IMG/VR virus record: IMGVR_UViG_3300047510_001118
Coordinates: 62,001-126,000 of that record
DNA: 64,000 bases
Reading direction: 5' to 3' (one strand)
Shown here: piece after piece, positions 9,201-19,582 of the stretch
How the letters are laid out: every line of letters starts with the position of its first letter
How positions within the stretch are numbered: position 1 is the stretch's first letter
Notes under the pieces: model-generated
The model's database searches: none
Told to the model about the DNA's origin: nothing
The model's input: only the letters and a program-made list of their open reading frames with translations
Made by a program: the position numbers and the translations under genes

Positions 9201-9985
9201 AGATTAACGATTTCTACCGACCTCTGGAACTCGCCTTCCATAGCAGTAAGTTTTGTAACGAATTCAGTCTGTTCTGCGGTCAATGGGGCAAAGGGAAAGA
9301 AATAAGCCTTTGTCGCGTCGTACTTCTCTGATTCGCTAGGGACCATTATGACACCAAATTTAGCAGTAGGATTCTCGTCAAATATCATTAAATCAACACA
9401 ACTGATTTGATCGTTCTTGATAAACAGCCGGTCATTTAAGTTACTTAATAATGGATTTACATCTCCGTTAAAAGTATTTTTAATCTTATCTAATGTTGTC
9501 TTATCAAGGCTATCTATAGTAATTTTTACTCCTGGATCGTCAAACTGAAGAAACTGCGGAGTTTCAATTAGAAATTTAGGAAATCCTCCAGGAGGATTTT
9601 GAATTAAAGATTTTATAGCATCGACACTATCAGCACCAGCAATGGCATTTTTTGATGTTAAGACAGACTTTAAAAAATTATCAACTTCAACTTGATCAGA
9701 GTTTTGAACATCGGCGGCTCGATTTTGAGCATCTTCTGTGTAAAATTGTTCTAGGAAATTTTTGTAATAGTACATTTTACCTTCGTGTAAACAGTAAAGG
9801 TCCCACACTCCCCAAACCATTTCGGGGTCAACAAAGGTATCAAATTCTGCTTCAAGAGCAAAGATTGTATTTGTTCTGCGGCAGCCTTTTTGAGACTCTG
9901 TATCGTATTCACAAAGTCTGTAAGGATTGTCTTTTGAATTTTCTACCTGTGTTGCTGGGATAGAAATTTGTTCATGTTCTGTCAT
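9197..9985 (-). CDS. hypothetical protein
   Basis: 262-aa ORF coupled within the operon. Confidence 0.7.
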   Translation of the reverse strand: MTEHEQISIPATQVENSKDNPYRLCEYDTESQKGCRRTNTIFALEAEFDTFVDPEMVWGVWDLYCLHEGKMYYYKNFLEQFYTEDAQNRAADVQNSDQVEVDNFLKSVLTSKNAIAGADSVDAIKSLIQNPPGGFPKFLIETPQFLQFDDPGVKITIDSLDKTTLDKIKNTFNGDVNPLLSNLNDRLFIKNDQISCVDLMIFDENPTAKFGVIMVPSESEKYDATKAYFFPFAPLTAEQTEFVTKLTAMEGEFQRSVEIVNL

Positions 9986-9994
9986 GGTTGTTCC

Positions 9995-10639
9995 TCAATA
10001 TTCTATAATATTAGCATCTAATACAGGATAGTCAATACCCAAATGATCAGCAATGGGCTCCATATTTGTGCCTTTTTTAACGTATAGTGTATTTACCCTA
10101 TTATCTTCGTTGTAAAGGTAGATAAAGAAAGGCTTAGAATCCTTGGGTTCAAAGTGCTTAAAATCAATTAATTTAATTTGATCTCCGTTTCTAGCCAAAT
10201 TGTATGTCATACTGTTATAGAACGGAGTAAGTGCCAACTGCTCGTGCTGAGCGTTCAAATACTGAAACTCTTGCGCTGAGATTGATTCCACAGGGTCACC
10301 TTCCCAATACTCATAGACTAGGAAACTGTCGTTGCTTTCTAATAGTTTTGGTAACAGTGTTCCTTGATAGGATTCAAGAAATGTATAGATATCTGGAGGA
10401 CTAGTTTGTTTTGTTAGATAGCAGTAATAGGGATCAACTTCTTTGGTATATGTATCAGCATTAGTATAGACAAAGTTCAAAGCACGTTTGTGAATGTACT
10501 TTTTATTGTTGTGTTCAAAAAAATAAAAATATATCTTACGTGTAAAAGGAGTATGATCTAAGCCGTAGATTCTTTTAAAATCGTCACGGGCTTCTTTGAT
10601 AAAACGAACTTTGCTGTTAGTAAGATATGTATTGGTCAT
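9995..10639 (-). CDS. hypothetical, possible kinase-like fold
   Basis: LPKLL...LVYEY..G and IKLIDF segments; the catalytic HxD is not evident. Confidence 0.45.
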   Translation of the reverse strand: MTNTYLTNSKVRFIKEARDDFKRIYGLDHTPFTRKIYFYFFEHNNKKYIHKRALNFVYTNADTYTKEVDPYYCYLTKQTSPPDIYTFLESYQGTLLPKLLESNDSFLVYEYWEGDPVESISAQEFQYLNAQHEQLALTPFYNSMTYNLARNGDQIKLIDFKHFEPKDSKPFFIYLYNEDNRVNTLYVKKGTNMEPIADHLGIDYPVLDANIIEY

Positions 10640-11690
10640 CGCGTACTAAATCCAAAGTTGAACAGTGGATGCCGCCGGCAAAGATTTCTCCGTGCTCTAA
10701 TTTAACAGGAATAACTGTGAAGCCATTCTTGTCTAGTATATCAGAAACTCCTACGGCACGTTCTGTAACTAACACAGTATTTTCGTCAACGCTTAGTACA
10801 TTAACGTCCATACCACGACTGCTGGCCAGTCTAATATCGATGTCAGTCATACCACGCACATCAATGTTTGCTGTTAGGTCTTTAGGATATAGATAAGTCC
10901 AGTTGCGAAACTTACTAGGCAATAAATCTTTAATGTTTGGATATAAAGGATTAACTAAGAATACTCCTGGACGTAAACAAATCAAACAACCGTCAATATG
11001 ATTGTCTGCTACATGTAACACATGGAAGTCTGTATCCGGATAAAAGCTCTTGATCCACTCATAGCCCAAGTATTGATTGTAACTGTTGATATTGACTATA
11101 CAGTCTTTACCCATGCGTAGGAACTGTGCGCCATCTACGGCCATTACATAGTTACTGGGAATATTTGTATAGTCACGACTATCTCCCCAGTGTCCTAGAT
11201 CGATAGTGTCTTCTGTTAACTCAGTGTGCGGAGCCTTAATCCATTGCCCGCCACGTCCTCGGTCCCAGGCACGACTATACACATCATGTAACAAAGTATT
11301 CTCATAATAACGATTGCGTACAAACGTAGGAGTTTCAATTAACTTGTTACCATATACCAGTGTTAGGTCTCTAACATTACTTGCTGAACTTAGTTCGCTA
11401 CGAAAACTAGGAGTAGTAAACGGAACAATCTTATCTAACACATCGGGTCTGTGTACTGTTACTCCTAGACCTTCTAGAGTCTTTGCCAATCCATCTAACT
11501 GTTCATTACGCTGGTCAATCAACTCCATGCTGACTGTATAGTTTTCAAATGGTGCTTCGTAGATGCGTTCGTCTAAGGCTTCTCTATAAAACTGTTTGAA
11601 TGTAATGTCGCTGATACGCTTGGCTAGTTTTAATTCTCTGCCAACTACAACTTCTTTTAACCGACCAAAACTTGTGTGTGAGTTAATCAC
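10617..11690 (-). CDS. amidinotransferase (StrB1/glycine amidinotransferase family)
   Basis: NSHTSFGRLKEVVVG, HIDG, GGIHCSTLDLVR. Confidence 0.9.
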   Translation of the reverse strand: MINSHTSFGRLKEVVVGRELKLAKRISDITFKQFYREALDERIYEAPFENYTVSMELIDQRNEQLDGLAKTLEGLGVTVHRPDVLDKIVPFTTPSFRSELSSASNVRDLTLVYGNKLIETPTFVRNRYYENTLLHDVYSRAWDRGRGGQWIKAPHTELTEDTIDLGHWGDSRDYTNIPSNYVMAVDGAQFLRMGKDCIVNINSYNQYLGYEWIKSFYPDTDFHVLHVADNHIDGCLICLRPGVFLVNPLYPNIKDLLPSKFRNWTYLYPKDLTANIDVRGMTDIDIRLASSRGMDVNVLSVDENTVLVTERAVGVSDILDKNGFTVIPVKLEHGEIFAGGIHCSTLDLVRDDQYISY

Positions 11691-12531
11691 TTAACTTCCT
11701 CATTCTATTAAAGTATTCTACTTTCTCTCTAACCTTATCGTACACAGGATCGTGTATAAGATGTTCGTGCCAAAAGTATACTGTTCTAAGTTCATCATCT
11801 GTGAACTCCTTTACTGGAGTATACCACTCGCCTATCTGATACTTTTGTATTGGCTGTACTGGCCACAGTTTGTTGTTATAGATCTTGTCCATAACGTATT
11901 CTTCTAAGTAGTAGTCTCCGCTGACCGCACGAACCTTCTCCCACTCGGGATCATGGTTAGTCATAGTATCTGTTAGCACATCAAAGAAGAACTTGTAGAA
12001 ACCACTGTCACGTCTGCTAATGGTAAAGCCCGTGTCAAACGGATTGCTCCATCCTTCTTTAACTGTGCGCTGTTGTGCTGTACAGTAGTCATCGTACTGT
12101 CCGCAGATTAATGTTTCACTGTTAACCAACTGTTCAGGCAAGGGCTTGATCAAATTCATGTCTAGGTCTATTTTGATTAAGACATCCTCTGTAAGTCTCT
12201 GCTCTAACAACATACCCACTAACGGAACATTTAAGAAACCGCTGATAAATGTTTCTGTGATAGGCTGATACTCTTCTATGTAAGTTACATTTAATTCTTT
12301 AAATTGTTCTTTTGTTTTGTCAGTTACAACGTTGTGCGTGGGACAAAAGGTATAGATAGCACAGTCTTTTAACCATCCCGCATTCTTACGCCAGTTTTCA
12401 AAGCACAGTGTGGCTTCGCTTTCAAACAAACGTCTAGTGCCAACAATGCCTTTCTGTTCGTTAAGGTTGTTAGCATCTCCTTCGATGGCTGTGATCAAGG
12501 CATACTTCATAGAGCATAGTCCTTCAAACAC
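11683..12531 (-). CDS. putative GT-A-type glycosyltransferase
   Basis: KIDLDM DxD-like motif after a hydrophobic strand; sugar-pathway context. Confidence 0.4.
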   Translation of the reverse strand: MFEGLCSMKYALITAIEGDANNLNEQKGIVGTRRLFESEATLCFENWRKNAGWLKDCAIYTFCPTHNVVTDKTKEQFKELNVTYIEEYQPITETFISGFLNVPLVGMLLEQRLTEDVLIKIDLDMNLIKPLPEQLVNSETLICGQYDDYCTAQQRTVKEGWSNPFDTGFTISRRDSGFYKFFFDVLTDTMTNHDPEWEKVRAVSGDYYLEEYVMDKIYNNKLWPVQPIQKYQIGEWYTPVKEFTDDELRTVYFWHEHLIHDPVYDKVREKVEYFNRMRKLSD

Positions 12532-13142
12532 GCAAACTTTGAAATGTCTGGATAGTCTTTGTGTGATCCGTTAGTGTAATGTTCGCTGAGTTGATTAAGC
12601 AACAGTGTGCCACGTGCGGCTTCGTCTGGACTCATGTACATATGATAGCCCATAATGATGCCTGTGTCTTCTGCTGTGGGTATACTACTGTCTCTGCCAT
12701 CATGTCGCATACGTTTTAACTTTTCATACATCTCTTTGTCATCTAATAGTATGGCTCCGCCTTTGCCTATGTTTAATCTTTTCTTTTGCTGAAAACTTAG
12801 ACACTGTACCTGTCCTGGTACATACATATTCTTTTCAAAGCCCACAGCATAGTCATAGACATTAGTATGTCCAATGCGATAGTGCTCACTCCATTGAATG
12901 TTTTCTAACCAAACATTGTAGCCGTAGTTGATTAAAGTCATCGGAACGCTGAGATAAGTCTGCTTGGGTAACGTTACCTTATGTCTTTTATGTCCGTAGT
13001 ATTCCATTGCTAATAAGATAGCATTGGTACAACGATCTACGGCTACAGCATAGGGAGCGCCTGTGTACTCACAGAGTCGTTGCTCAAATAGTTCTACAAA
13101 ATCGTTGTTGTTGTGATAATTTCGTTCAATGTCTTTAGACAT
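12507..13142 (-). CDS. short DegT/DnrJ/EryC1/StrS PLP aminotransferase
   Basis: FEQRLCEYTGAPYAVAVDRCT and LSFQQKKRLNIGKGGAI; only 211 aa. Confidence 0.85.
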   Translation of the reverse strand: MSKDIERNYHNNNDFVELFEQRLCEYTGAPYAVAVDRCTNAILLAMEYYGHKRHKVTLPKQTYLSVPMTLINYGYNVWLENIQWSEHYRIGHTNVYDYAVGFEKNMYVPGQVQCLSFQQKKRLNIGKGGAILLDDKEMYEKLKRMRHDGRDSSIPTAEDTGIIMGYHMYMSPDEAARGTLLLNQLSEHYTNGSHKDYPDISKFACLKDYAL

Positions 13143-14083
13143 ATCTTATCCTTCTTTAGTTCATCAAGCAAAGTAACTATGTTAGTTATCATAGATACTG
13201 GGCGCCACTCAACTTTCTTAATCAAAGCATTGCCAGTATCCAGTAGTTGTTCGTAATCGTAGACTAATTCTTCTTGTAGTTTTTCTCCAGGTCTACGGCC
13301 AATTATAAGTTGCGGATAGTTCTTGGGTACTAAGTCCATTATAGATTGTTCTTCGCCCATGTCTAAGATATAAGTTGCTTTGGCAAACTCTAAGTGAACA
13401 ACATTAATGATCAACGACACAGCATCCTGTACTGAAATAAAATAACGTTTCATTTCAGGATCTGTAATAGTAATAGGCAAGTTGTTTGCTACCTGCCATT
13501 CTAAGGTTTCAACAAAGGAACCCGACGATTTATAAACATTGCCAAATCTTACTATCTTTATTTCTGCGTCAGAAGTTCTAGCATATTGTTGTACAATACG
13601 TTCACACCATAGTTTAGTATATCCCATGTTGTTAGTAGGATTAACTGCTTTGTCGCTGGATATGTGTATCATGGACTTGACTTGGTCAGCATGATCACAT
13701 AAGTTAATAACAGATAGAATATTATTCTTAACAACTGAATAAAAGTTATTTTCGTCTTCTAGTGTGTCTACATGTTTGTAAGCCGCGGCATTAAAAACGT
13801 AATCTATTTGATACTTGTTGAATATTAAATCTACTAGTTTCTTATCGCTAACATCTCCGACTATACAATGTACGTTCTTAGTGCCAATGCCGCGTTGTAG
13901 TTTATAGATAGCGTACTCGCTGATGTCAACTGCTATGATAGTTTTTGCCTGTATCTGATTTACCAGTTCACTGCCAATAGTTCCACCGGCGCCTGTCACT
14001 AGCACAGTGCTGTCCTTAAAACTTACAGGCTGATGTATTGGCAGTTTATTCTTCATTTTAATAGAAATTCCATTACTAGACAC
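13094..14083 (-). CDS. CapD/PglF-like UDP-GlcNAc 4,6-dehydratase
   Basis: VTGAGGTIGSEL, AAAYKHV, ISSDKAVNP, MGYTK, RFGNV, GRRPGEKL; real start probably MKNKL. Confidence 0.9.
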   Translation of the reverse strand: MSSNGISIKMKNKLPIHQPVSFKDSTVLVTGAGGTIGSELVNQIQAKTIIAVDISEYAIYKLQRGIGTKNVHCIVGDVSDKKLVDLIFNKYQIDYVFNAAAYKHVDTLEDENNFYSVVKNNILSVINLCDHADQVKSMIHISSDKAVNPTNNMGYTKLWCERIVQQYARTSDAEIKIVRFGNVYKSSGSFVETLEWQVANNLPITITDPEMKRYFISVQDAVSLIINVVHLEFAKATYILDMGEEQSIMDLVPKNYPQLIIGRRPGEKLQEELVYDYEQLLDTGNALIKKVEWRPVSMITNIVTLLDELKKDKICLKTLNEIITTTTIL

Positions 14084-14709
14084 AATCGATGGTCGTCACT
14101 CTTGTGTTCTCCAACTGCGTGTGGAAGGTCAACTTTATGTATAACTAGATCTCCGGTTTTAACTGACACAGGAAATATTTCTTCCTTAGGTATGGATCGA
14201 GGATCTATACCCATCTCACAATATCTTCTAGTATTTTTTAAAATTAGTAAATCAGCACTGTTATCCGGTGCTTGTAGATAAAAGATTGCTACGACTTTTT
14301 TAGGTGAATTAGGATCGCTGTCATCGTCGTGCGTATGACAATTACCAAAGGATCCGTTATACATTACATTCATCCAGTTGATAGTTAACTGCGGTTTAGA
14401 TGTCAAATCTAAATCAAAGTGCTCTGCTACGGACTGTACTTTTTCTGATATCCATTCTAACAACATTTCTGAATTTTGAAAATCAAAAAAAGACCTTGCT
14501 GGAGTTTCAAAACTACTCCATACTAATGTTTCTCCGCTGACGCTATTTTTGTCTAGGTTACATGACTGATTATCTCTTATATTTGAATCTTTAAGTTCTT
14601 TTAAGGCAGAATCAATCCAGACTGGTTGTATATGTTTTCCGTCGTCGGCCAAGTTAAACTTGTAAATGTCATAGCCAAATGCTGATATTTTCTCTTTAAA
14701 ATTGTTCAT
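14053..14709 (-). CDS. putative 2OG-Fe(II) oxygenase
   Basis: HTHD...H...R pattern (CHTHD, LPHAV, HRL). Confidence 0.7.
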   Translation of the reverse strand: MNNFKEKISAFGYDIYKFNLADDGKHIQPVWIDSALKELKDSNIRDNQSCNLDKNSVSGETLVWSSFETPARSFFDFQNSEMLLEWISEKVQSVAEHFDLDLTSKPQLTINWMNVMYNGSFGNCHTHDDDSDPNSPKKVVAIFYLQAPDNSADLLILKNTRRYCEMGIDPRSIPKEEIFPVSVKTGDLVIHKVDLPHAVGEHKSDDHRLCLVMEFLLK

Positions 14710-16217
14710 TTGAAACTGTATCCTAGTTTATTATTTTTATAGTTTTCTAAAAATATAGGAAAATTTCTATAGTAAGGACCTAAAGACTTAGCACTTCCCC
14801 TTATTTTTTCTTTTAATGAAATAATTTTTCCATTATCATCTGGTAATATATTTGAAAGATAAAAAGGATCTAACCTTGACAAATCGTGCTGTCCTACTTT
14901 CCAAATATCGAAAAACTCTTTTACCCATTTATGAACTTGAATAACATTTAAATGATCATTTTCCCATGCTATGCTTCCAAAACTGCTGTGCTTAATCATA
15001 TCTTTAAATGCGGCTTTTACTTTTTCATCATCTGTTATATTCATCTCTCTGTAGCCATATTTTTTATAATCTAGTGATAACTCTGATGGCCTAAACTCAT
15101 CTGCTATTCGTTGTATCTCTAATGTATTAGCCATAGCCACTTGATCTGTCCAGTTTTTTCTAAACCAGTCACTTGTTTCATTTAAAGATTCAATAGTCTC
15201 ATACGGCAATCCACCGATCATTGCGATTATAGCACGATATAATCCATTGGATTTTTCTGTAAAGTATTTTTTAACTTCTATTAGTCCTTCTTTTACTTTA
15301 TCCGGATGCATGCCTTTGCCAATGACTTTTCCGCTTGCGTGGTTAAATGTTTCAACACCGTAAAAGTGTCCTAGAAACCCCATACGGATTAAATGATCCC
15401 AATCTTGTCTACGACTAATCAATAAGTCTGCTCTTATATAACCTGTAAAATATGGTTTGAATGGCAATGTTTCAACAACGTCAGCAAATTTAATAATTTT
15501 TTCTGTATGATCATTAAACGTTTCATCTGATACAATATAATTTTCAATTCCAAACTCGTCGTAATTTCTTAATAATTGATTTTTTACACTATCAGCATCT
15601 CTAGTATGATCCTCTTTAACTCCTAAGATAGGATAGTTACAGTACAAACATTTAAATTTACATCCCCTAGTAAACTCAATCATACCCCACTCGCCTGGTT
15701 GAATAAAATCTCGTTTTTCGTAAAAGATTGTTGCGTCTTTAAAAGGATAAGCCGGATACATATGAAGCGCATTAATAATTTTTGTATTGCCTTTAGATCT
15801 AACTACGTCAAATTTGGGTTTTTCGCCGTTACTAAACAAATATTTTAGAAGGGCATCTAAAGCATATTCTCCATACCCGGCAATATGATAATCAAAGTGT
15901 TTCATATCGGGTAGCATAGTTTGACCGCCGGACATTAACACAATATTGGGATATTTTTCTTTAATCCAAACACATAAATCTCGTATCTTATTTTCCGCAT
16001 CGGCATTGTTAAACAAAAAACTAAAACCAAAAAATTTCATGTTTTCGTCAACTCTGCTATCTACTAATTCTTTTAGTTCTTCTAATTCCCAGTAATCAAC
16101 AAAGTCTATAACTTCAACATCCCAGTCTTGTTTTCTAAGGTGAGTAGCGATTCTGTGAGCGCCAGAACTTCTATACATTGTATAATTGTTAACGGTAAAA
16201 AATAAACTTTTGTTCAT
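14706..16217 (-). CDS. B12-binding-domain radical SAM enzyme (class B-like)
   Basis: N-terminal Rossmann-like domain with GYGEY; EFTRGCKFKCLYC; DETFN; GVETF. Confidence 0.85.
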   Translation of the reverse strand: MNKSLFFTVNNYTMYRSSGAHRIATHLRKQDWDVEVIDFVDYWELEELKELVDSRVDENMKFFGFSFLFNNADAENKIRDLCVWIKEKYPNIVLMSGGQTMLPDMKHFDYHIAGYGEYALDALLKYLFSNGEKPKFDVVRSKGNTKIINALHMYPAYPFKDATIFYEKRDFIQPGEWGMIEFTRGCKFKCLYCNYPILGVKEDHTRDADSVKNQLLRNYDEFGIENYIVSDETFNDHTEKIIKFADVVETLPFKPYFTGYIRADLLISRRQDWDHLIRMGFLGHFYGVETFNHASGKVIGKGMHPDKVKEGLIEVKKYFTEKSNGLYRAIIAMIGGLPYETIESLNETSDWFRKNWTDQVAMANTLEIQRIADEFRPSELSLDYKKYGYREMNITDDEKVKAAFKDMIKHSSFGSIAWENDHLNVIQVHKWVKEFFDIWKVGQHDLSRLDPFYLSNILPDDNGKIISLKEKIRGSAKSLGPYYRNFPIFLENYKNNKLGYSFK

Positions 16218-17125
16218 ATAATGTATCTTAAGTCTTTCTTATCACATAGCTCTATTACAGCACGATCACAATACTTACAGACTTCGTACTGCATACTTAG
16301 AATCTTTTCGTAGTCGCCATCCCATTCTTTGCCTTTGCTGGCTTCTAAGAAGAGATAACAGGGATATACTTTGCCGTTTATGTCTACCTGCTGACTCTTG
16401 TTTTCCCAACTCATACAGTAAGCCTTACCTTTGACAGGACTAGCATATTTGGCCCTAGCAAACTTATCCATGTACATGTAATCATCGATCTTTTTAGGAT
16501 TAGGACGCAGTTTAATTAAGTTTGTTTTGTCCACATAGTTGGCTTCATCTTTCTGTAAGAAAGTCTCAGTCCAATACACATGACTAAACTCACTAACCAT
16601 TTCTTTAAATTTAGGACTGTCAAAGTCCTCCGAGTTGTAGTAGAACCTGATACACTGGGCATAGTCATTTTTACTAGGTCCACGGAAAGCGCGAGCATTT
16701 TCTAATATCCTTTTTAAATTTGTTCCTGTACGATAAATTTCGTGTAGTTCTTGTGTGCTACCGCAGATACTAAAATATACTTTGTCGTTGGCATTCATCA
16801 GTGTGGCTAGCTCTGCCCACCATTCTGGCTTGTGCGTATCTCCGTTAGTACAGATTTCAATCTTTAATCCTCGATCCTTCATGTACTTGACTAAAGGAAA
16901 GAAATATTTGTACATGGTAGGTTCTGATATAGTACCAACAAGACGTATCCATTCTAAATCAGGGAAGGTTTCTAACTGTGCTATAACTTCATCCAAGGGT
17001 CTAACTTTATCTTCGGGATAGTGTTCTTTAAATGCTGTGTAGTTACGATAACACAGGCCGCACTTGGCATTACAGTATGTTGTAAGTTCTAACTCTAGGT
17101 CAATGACCTTAGGCATCTTCAGCAT
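16214..17125 (-). CDS. radical SAM protein (paralogue A1)
   Basis: CNAKCGLC, SEPT, TNG; C-terminal Cys cluster. Confidence 0.9.
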   Translation of the reverse strand: MLKMPKVIDLELELTTYCNAKCGLCYRNYTAFKEHYPEDKVRPLDEVIAQLETFPDLEWIRLVGTISEPTMYKYFFPLVKYMKDRGLKIEICTNGDTHKPEWWAELATLMNANDKVYFSICGSTQELHEIYRTGTNLKRILENARAFRGPSKNDYAQCIRFYYNSEDFDSPKFKEMVSEFSHVYWTETFLQKDEANYVDKTNLIKLRPNPKKIDDYMYMDKFARAKYASPVKGKAYCMSWENKSQQVDINGKVYPCYLFLEASKGKEWDGDYEKILSMQYEVCKYCDRAVIELCDKKDLRYII

Positions 17126-18048
17126 ACAAAGTCCAATCCCATTTTATCAATAAAGGTACGTGTGCGCTTCTCACATAGGAAACAATCTGGAAACTTAAAG
17201 GATAGGATATCACCGTAGTCCATGTCATCCTTGTCTGCTGGAAAGTAGTCTTGCTCGTTCTCAGCGTGAGTATAGCAGGCACTGACCTGTCCCCATTGAT
17301 TGATATAAATCTTTTTAGATTGCATACTACGACATTGTATGGTATATTGTTTTCCATCATTAGGCTCTGGGCGATTCTTAAACAACAACTTGATAGTTTG
17401 CTCCCGGGTCTTAACTGGACGAATGCCTAGTTCCACTTCTTTATTGTAGACGTTTACTCTACGCACACCTTCTGTTTCAACTTTCATTACACGACTAAAT
17501 TGATCAAAGATTGCTTTCATCGCAGGGCTTTCTCTATCCTCAGCATTGTACTCAAATCGTATATGTTGTATCCAATCGTTCTTGCGACCATTTTTACGAA
17601 AAGCAGCCGCATTATCTAATATTTGTTGTAGGTCACTGCCCACACGATACTTGGCATGTATTTCCTGTGTACTTCCGCAAACAGTAAAACAACACATACA
17701 CTTTTCAGGTACGATACTGCCTAACTGTTCCCACCATTCAGTATCGCGTGTATTGCCGTTGGTAAAGATTTCATAATAGATGTCACGACTGTTTAGGTAT
17801 TCAATAAACTTAATAAAGTCTTTGTACATTGTAGGTTCACTGACTACACCCGCAACAAAGAAACGTTTAAGTCCCGTGTATTGATCTAATTGTTTAATAA
17901 TAGTATCAATGTCACGTACATTCTTTTCTACTAGATGATTTGCGTGTTGATAGTTACGAGTACATAGTGGGCAGGAAAGGTTACAGACTCCTGTTAAGTC
18001 CATTTCCATTTCTTCCACTTCACTCTTTTTCATCGTAACCTGCGTCAT
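17119..18048 (-). CDS. radical SAM protein (paralogue A2)
   Basis: CNLSCPLC, SEPT, TNG; C-terminal Cys cluster. Confidence 0.9.
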   Translation of the reverse strand: MTQVTMKKSEVEEMEMDLTGVCNLSCPLCTRNYQHANHLVEKNVRDIDTIIKQLDQYTGLKRFFVAGVVSEPTMYKDFIKFIEYLNSRDIYYEIFTNGNTRDTEWWEQLGSIVPEKCMCCFTVCGSTQEIHAKYRVGSDLQQILDNAAAFRKNGRKNDWIQHIRFEYNAEDRESPAMKAIFDQFSRVMKVETEGVRRVNVYNKEVELGIRPVKTREQTIKLLFKNRPEPNDGKQYTIQCRSMQSKKIYINQWGQVSACYTHAENEQDYFPADKDDMDYGDILSFKFPDCFLCEKRTRTFIDKMGLDFVC

Positions 18049-18962
18049 CCCATTCGCTCCATACCATTACTTTCTAACATTGTCTTAGTCATGCTTTCGC
18101 ATTCGTAGCAGTAACGATTATTAAATTCAAATATATCGCTGTAGTCGTTGTGATCAAACGTCCTATTGTCATATATTCTATGTAGGAAGCAAGGATGCTC
18201 TCCTCCAAAATTATCAACAAACAAAAATTTTAATTCAAAACTCTTACATTTCATTGAACACTTAGTTCCGCTGTCATATCGTTTAAGGACAGCATTACGA
18301 ATTACATTGTATTTTTCACCCAACTTGCCGGCCATCTTTATATCGTTGTTAGGATCTTTAATTATATTAAACCGTTCTTGATAAGGAGCAGACTCGCAGA
18401 CATACAAATGATTAAATTCTTTAATAATCTTTTTCATGTCATCTGATTCTAGATTATCTTTGTTGTATTCAAAACGGATCAACTGTATCCAGTCGCTGGT
18501 ACATCCCGATTTACGAAATGCTTCAGCATGTCTTAACACTTGTTCTAAACTAGAATTGACACGATATTTTTCGTGTAACTCTTGTGTTGTGCCACAGACT
18601 GTAAACAGCACACGGTCTCTATCTTTAACTAGAGTTCCTAGTTCTTCCCACCACTCTTCTTTGTGTGTGTTAGCATTAGTGTATAGATCAAAACAAATGT
18701 TTCTAGAATTGAGGTATTTTATTAACTCTAAGAATTCTTTGTACATTGTAGGTTCACTGACTGCTCCACTTAGACAAGTGTATTTTAAATTTGGAAAACT
18801 ATCTAGGTGAGCAATCCATTCCTCTAAAGGACGGATGTGCTTGACATTAAGATGTTTAGCATTTTCATAACTTCTAGAACAAAGTGGGCAATCAAGATTA
18901 CAAGTACCCGTAAGCTCAAGTTCCAATTCTAGTATTTCTTCGCGTTTTAATCCAATAGTCAT
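18045..18962 (-). CDS. radical SAM protein (paralogue A3)
   Basis: CNLDCPLC, SEPT; C-terminal Cys cluster. Confidence 0.9.
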   Translation of the reverse strand: MTIGLKREEILELELELTGTCNLDCPLCSRSYENAKHLNVKHIRPLEEWIAHLDSFPNLKYTCLSGAVSEPTMYKEFLELIKYLNSRNICFDLYTNANTHKEEWWEELGTLVKDRDRVLFTVCGTTQELHEKYRVNSSLEQVLRHAEAFRKSGCTSDWIQLIRFEYNKDNLESDDMKKIIKEFNHLYVCESAPYQERFNIIKDPNNDIKMAGKLGEKYNVIRNAVLKRYDSGTKCSMKCKSFELKFLFVDNFGGEHPCFLHRIYDNRTFDHNDYSDIFEFNNRYCYECESMTKTMLESNGMERMG

Positions 18963-19582
18963 AGGTATATTATACTGTCAAAGTCTTTCTCTTTAAACAC
19001 TCTCATTTTTGATTCTTCGCTCATTCTGTTATGGTGTTTGGCCAGCATGGCGTGTTTTAATTTGGTAGATAGTATTACTCCATTAATACCTTCTGGATTA
19101 GTAGCCGCAACAAGATGGAACTGTATCTGTGGGTATTTATTGAGGAACGCTTCTAGATTTTTAAAATTGTTATCTGTTACTATTAATAGATACTGTAAAT
19201 TTAATTCTGAATCAATTATTATATCGTCCTCCGGATCTAAGTTCTCGCTACAGTGATATAGGACAGTATCAAAACGAGGCAACAGATCACGATAGCGTTT
19301 GATAAACAGTCCGTTAGTGTTGATGCTAGGACGGCAACCTTTCTTCTCTAGTTCGTCTAGGATGTATTCAATGTCTTTGCGTTTCATACTACCCACTTCA
19401 CCGCCACTGAGTGTTACATTATATCCAGGAATAACTTTATCTAACTTGGCTTTTACTTCATCCATGGTCAGTGTAGGACGATTGTGTGTATCAACACAGC
19501 AATAGTCACAGTGCCAGTTACATACCCATGTAACAACTAATTCAATTTCTCGTTCTTGTGCGTGAATTGCCATTAGTGCCAC
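18959..19582 (-). CDS. short radical SAM protein (paralogue B1)
   Basis: CNWHCDYC, SGGE, NTNG. Confidence 0.88.
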   Translation of the reverse strand: MALMAIHAQEREIELVVTWVCNWHCDYCCVDTHNRPTLTMDEVKAKLDKVIPGYNVTLSGGEVGSMKRKDIEYILDELEKKGCRPSINTNGLFIKRYRDLLPRFDTVLYHCSENLDPEDDIIIDSELNLQYLLIVTDNNFKNLEAFLNKYPQIQFHLVAATNPEGINGVILSTKLKHAMLAKHHNRMSEESKMRVFKEKDFDSIIYL

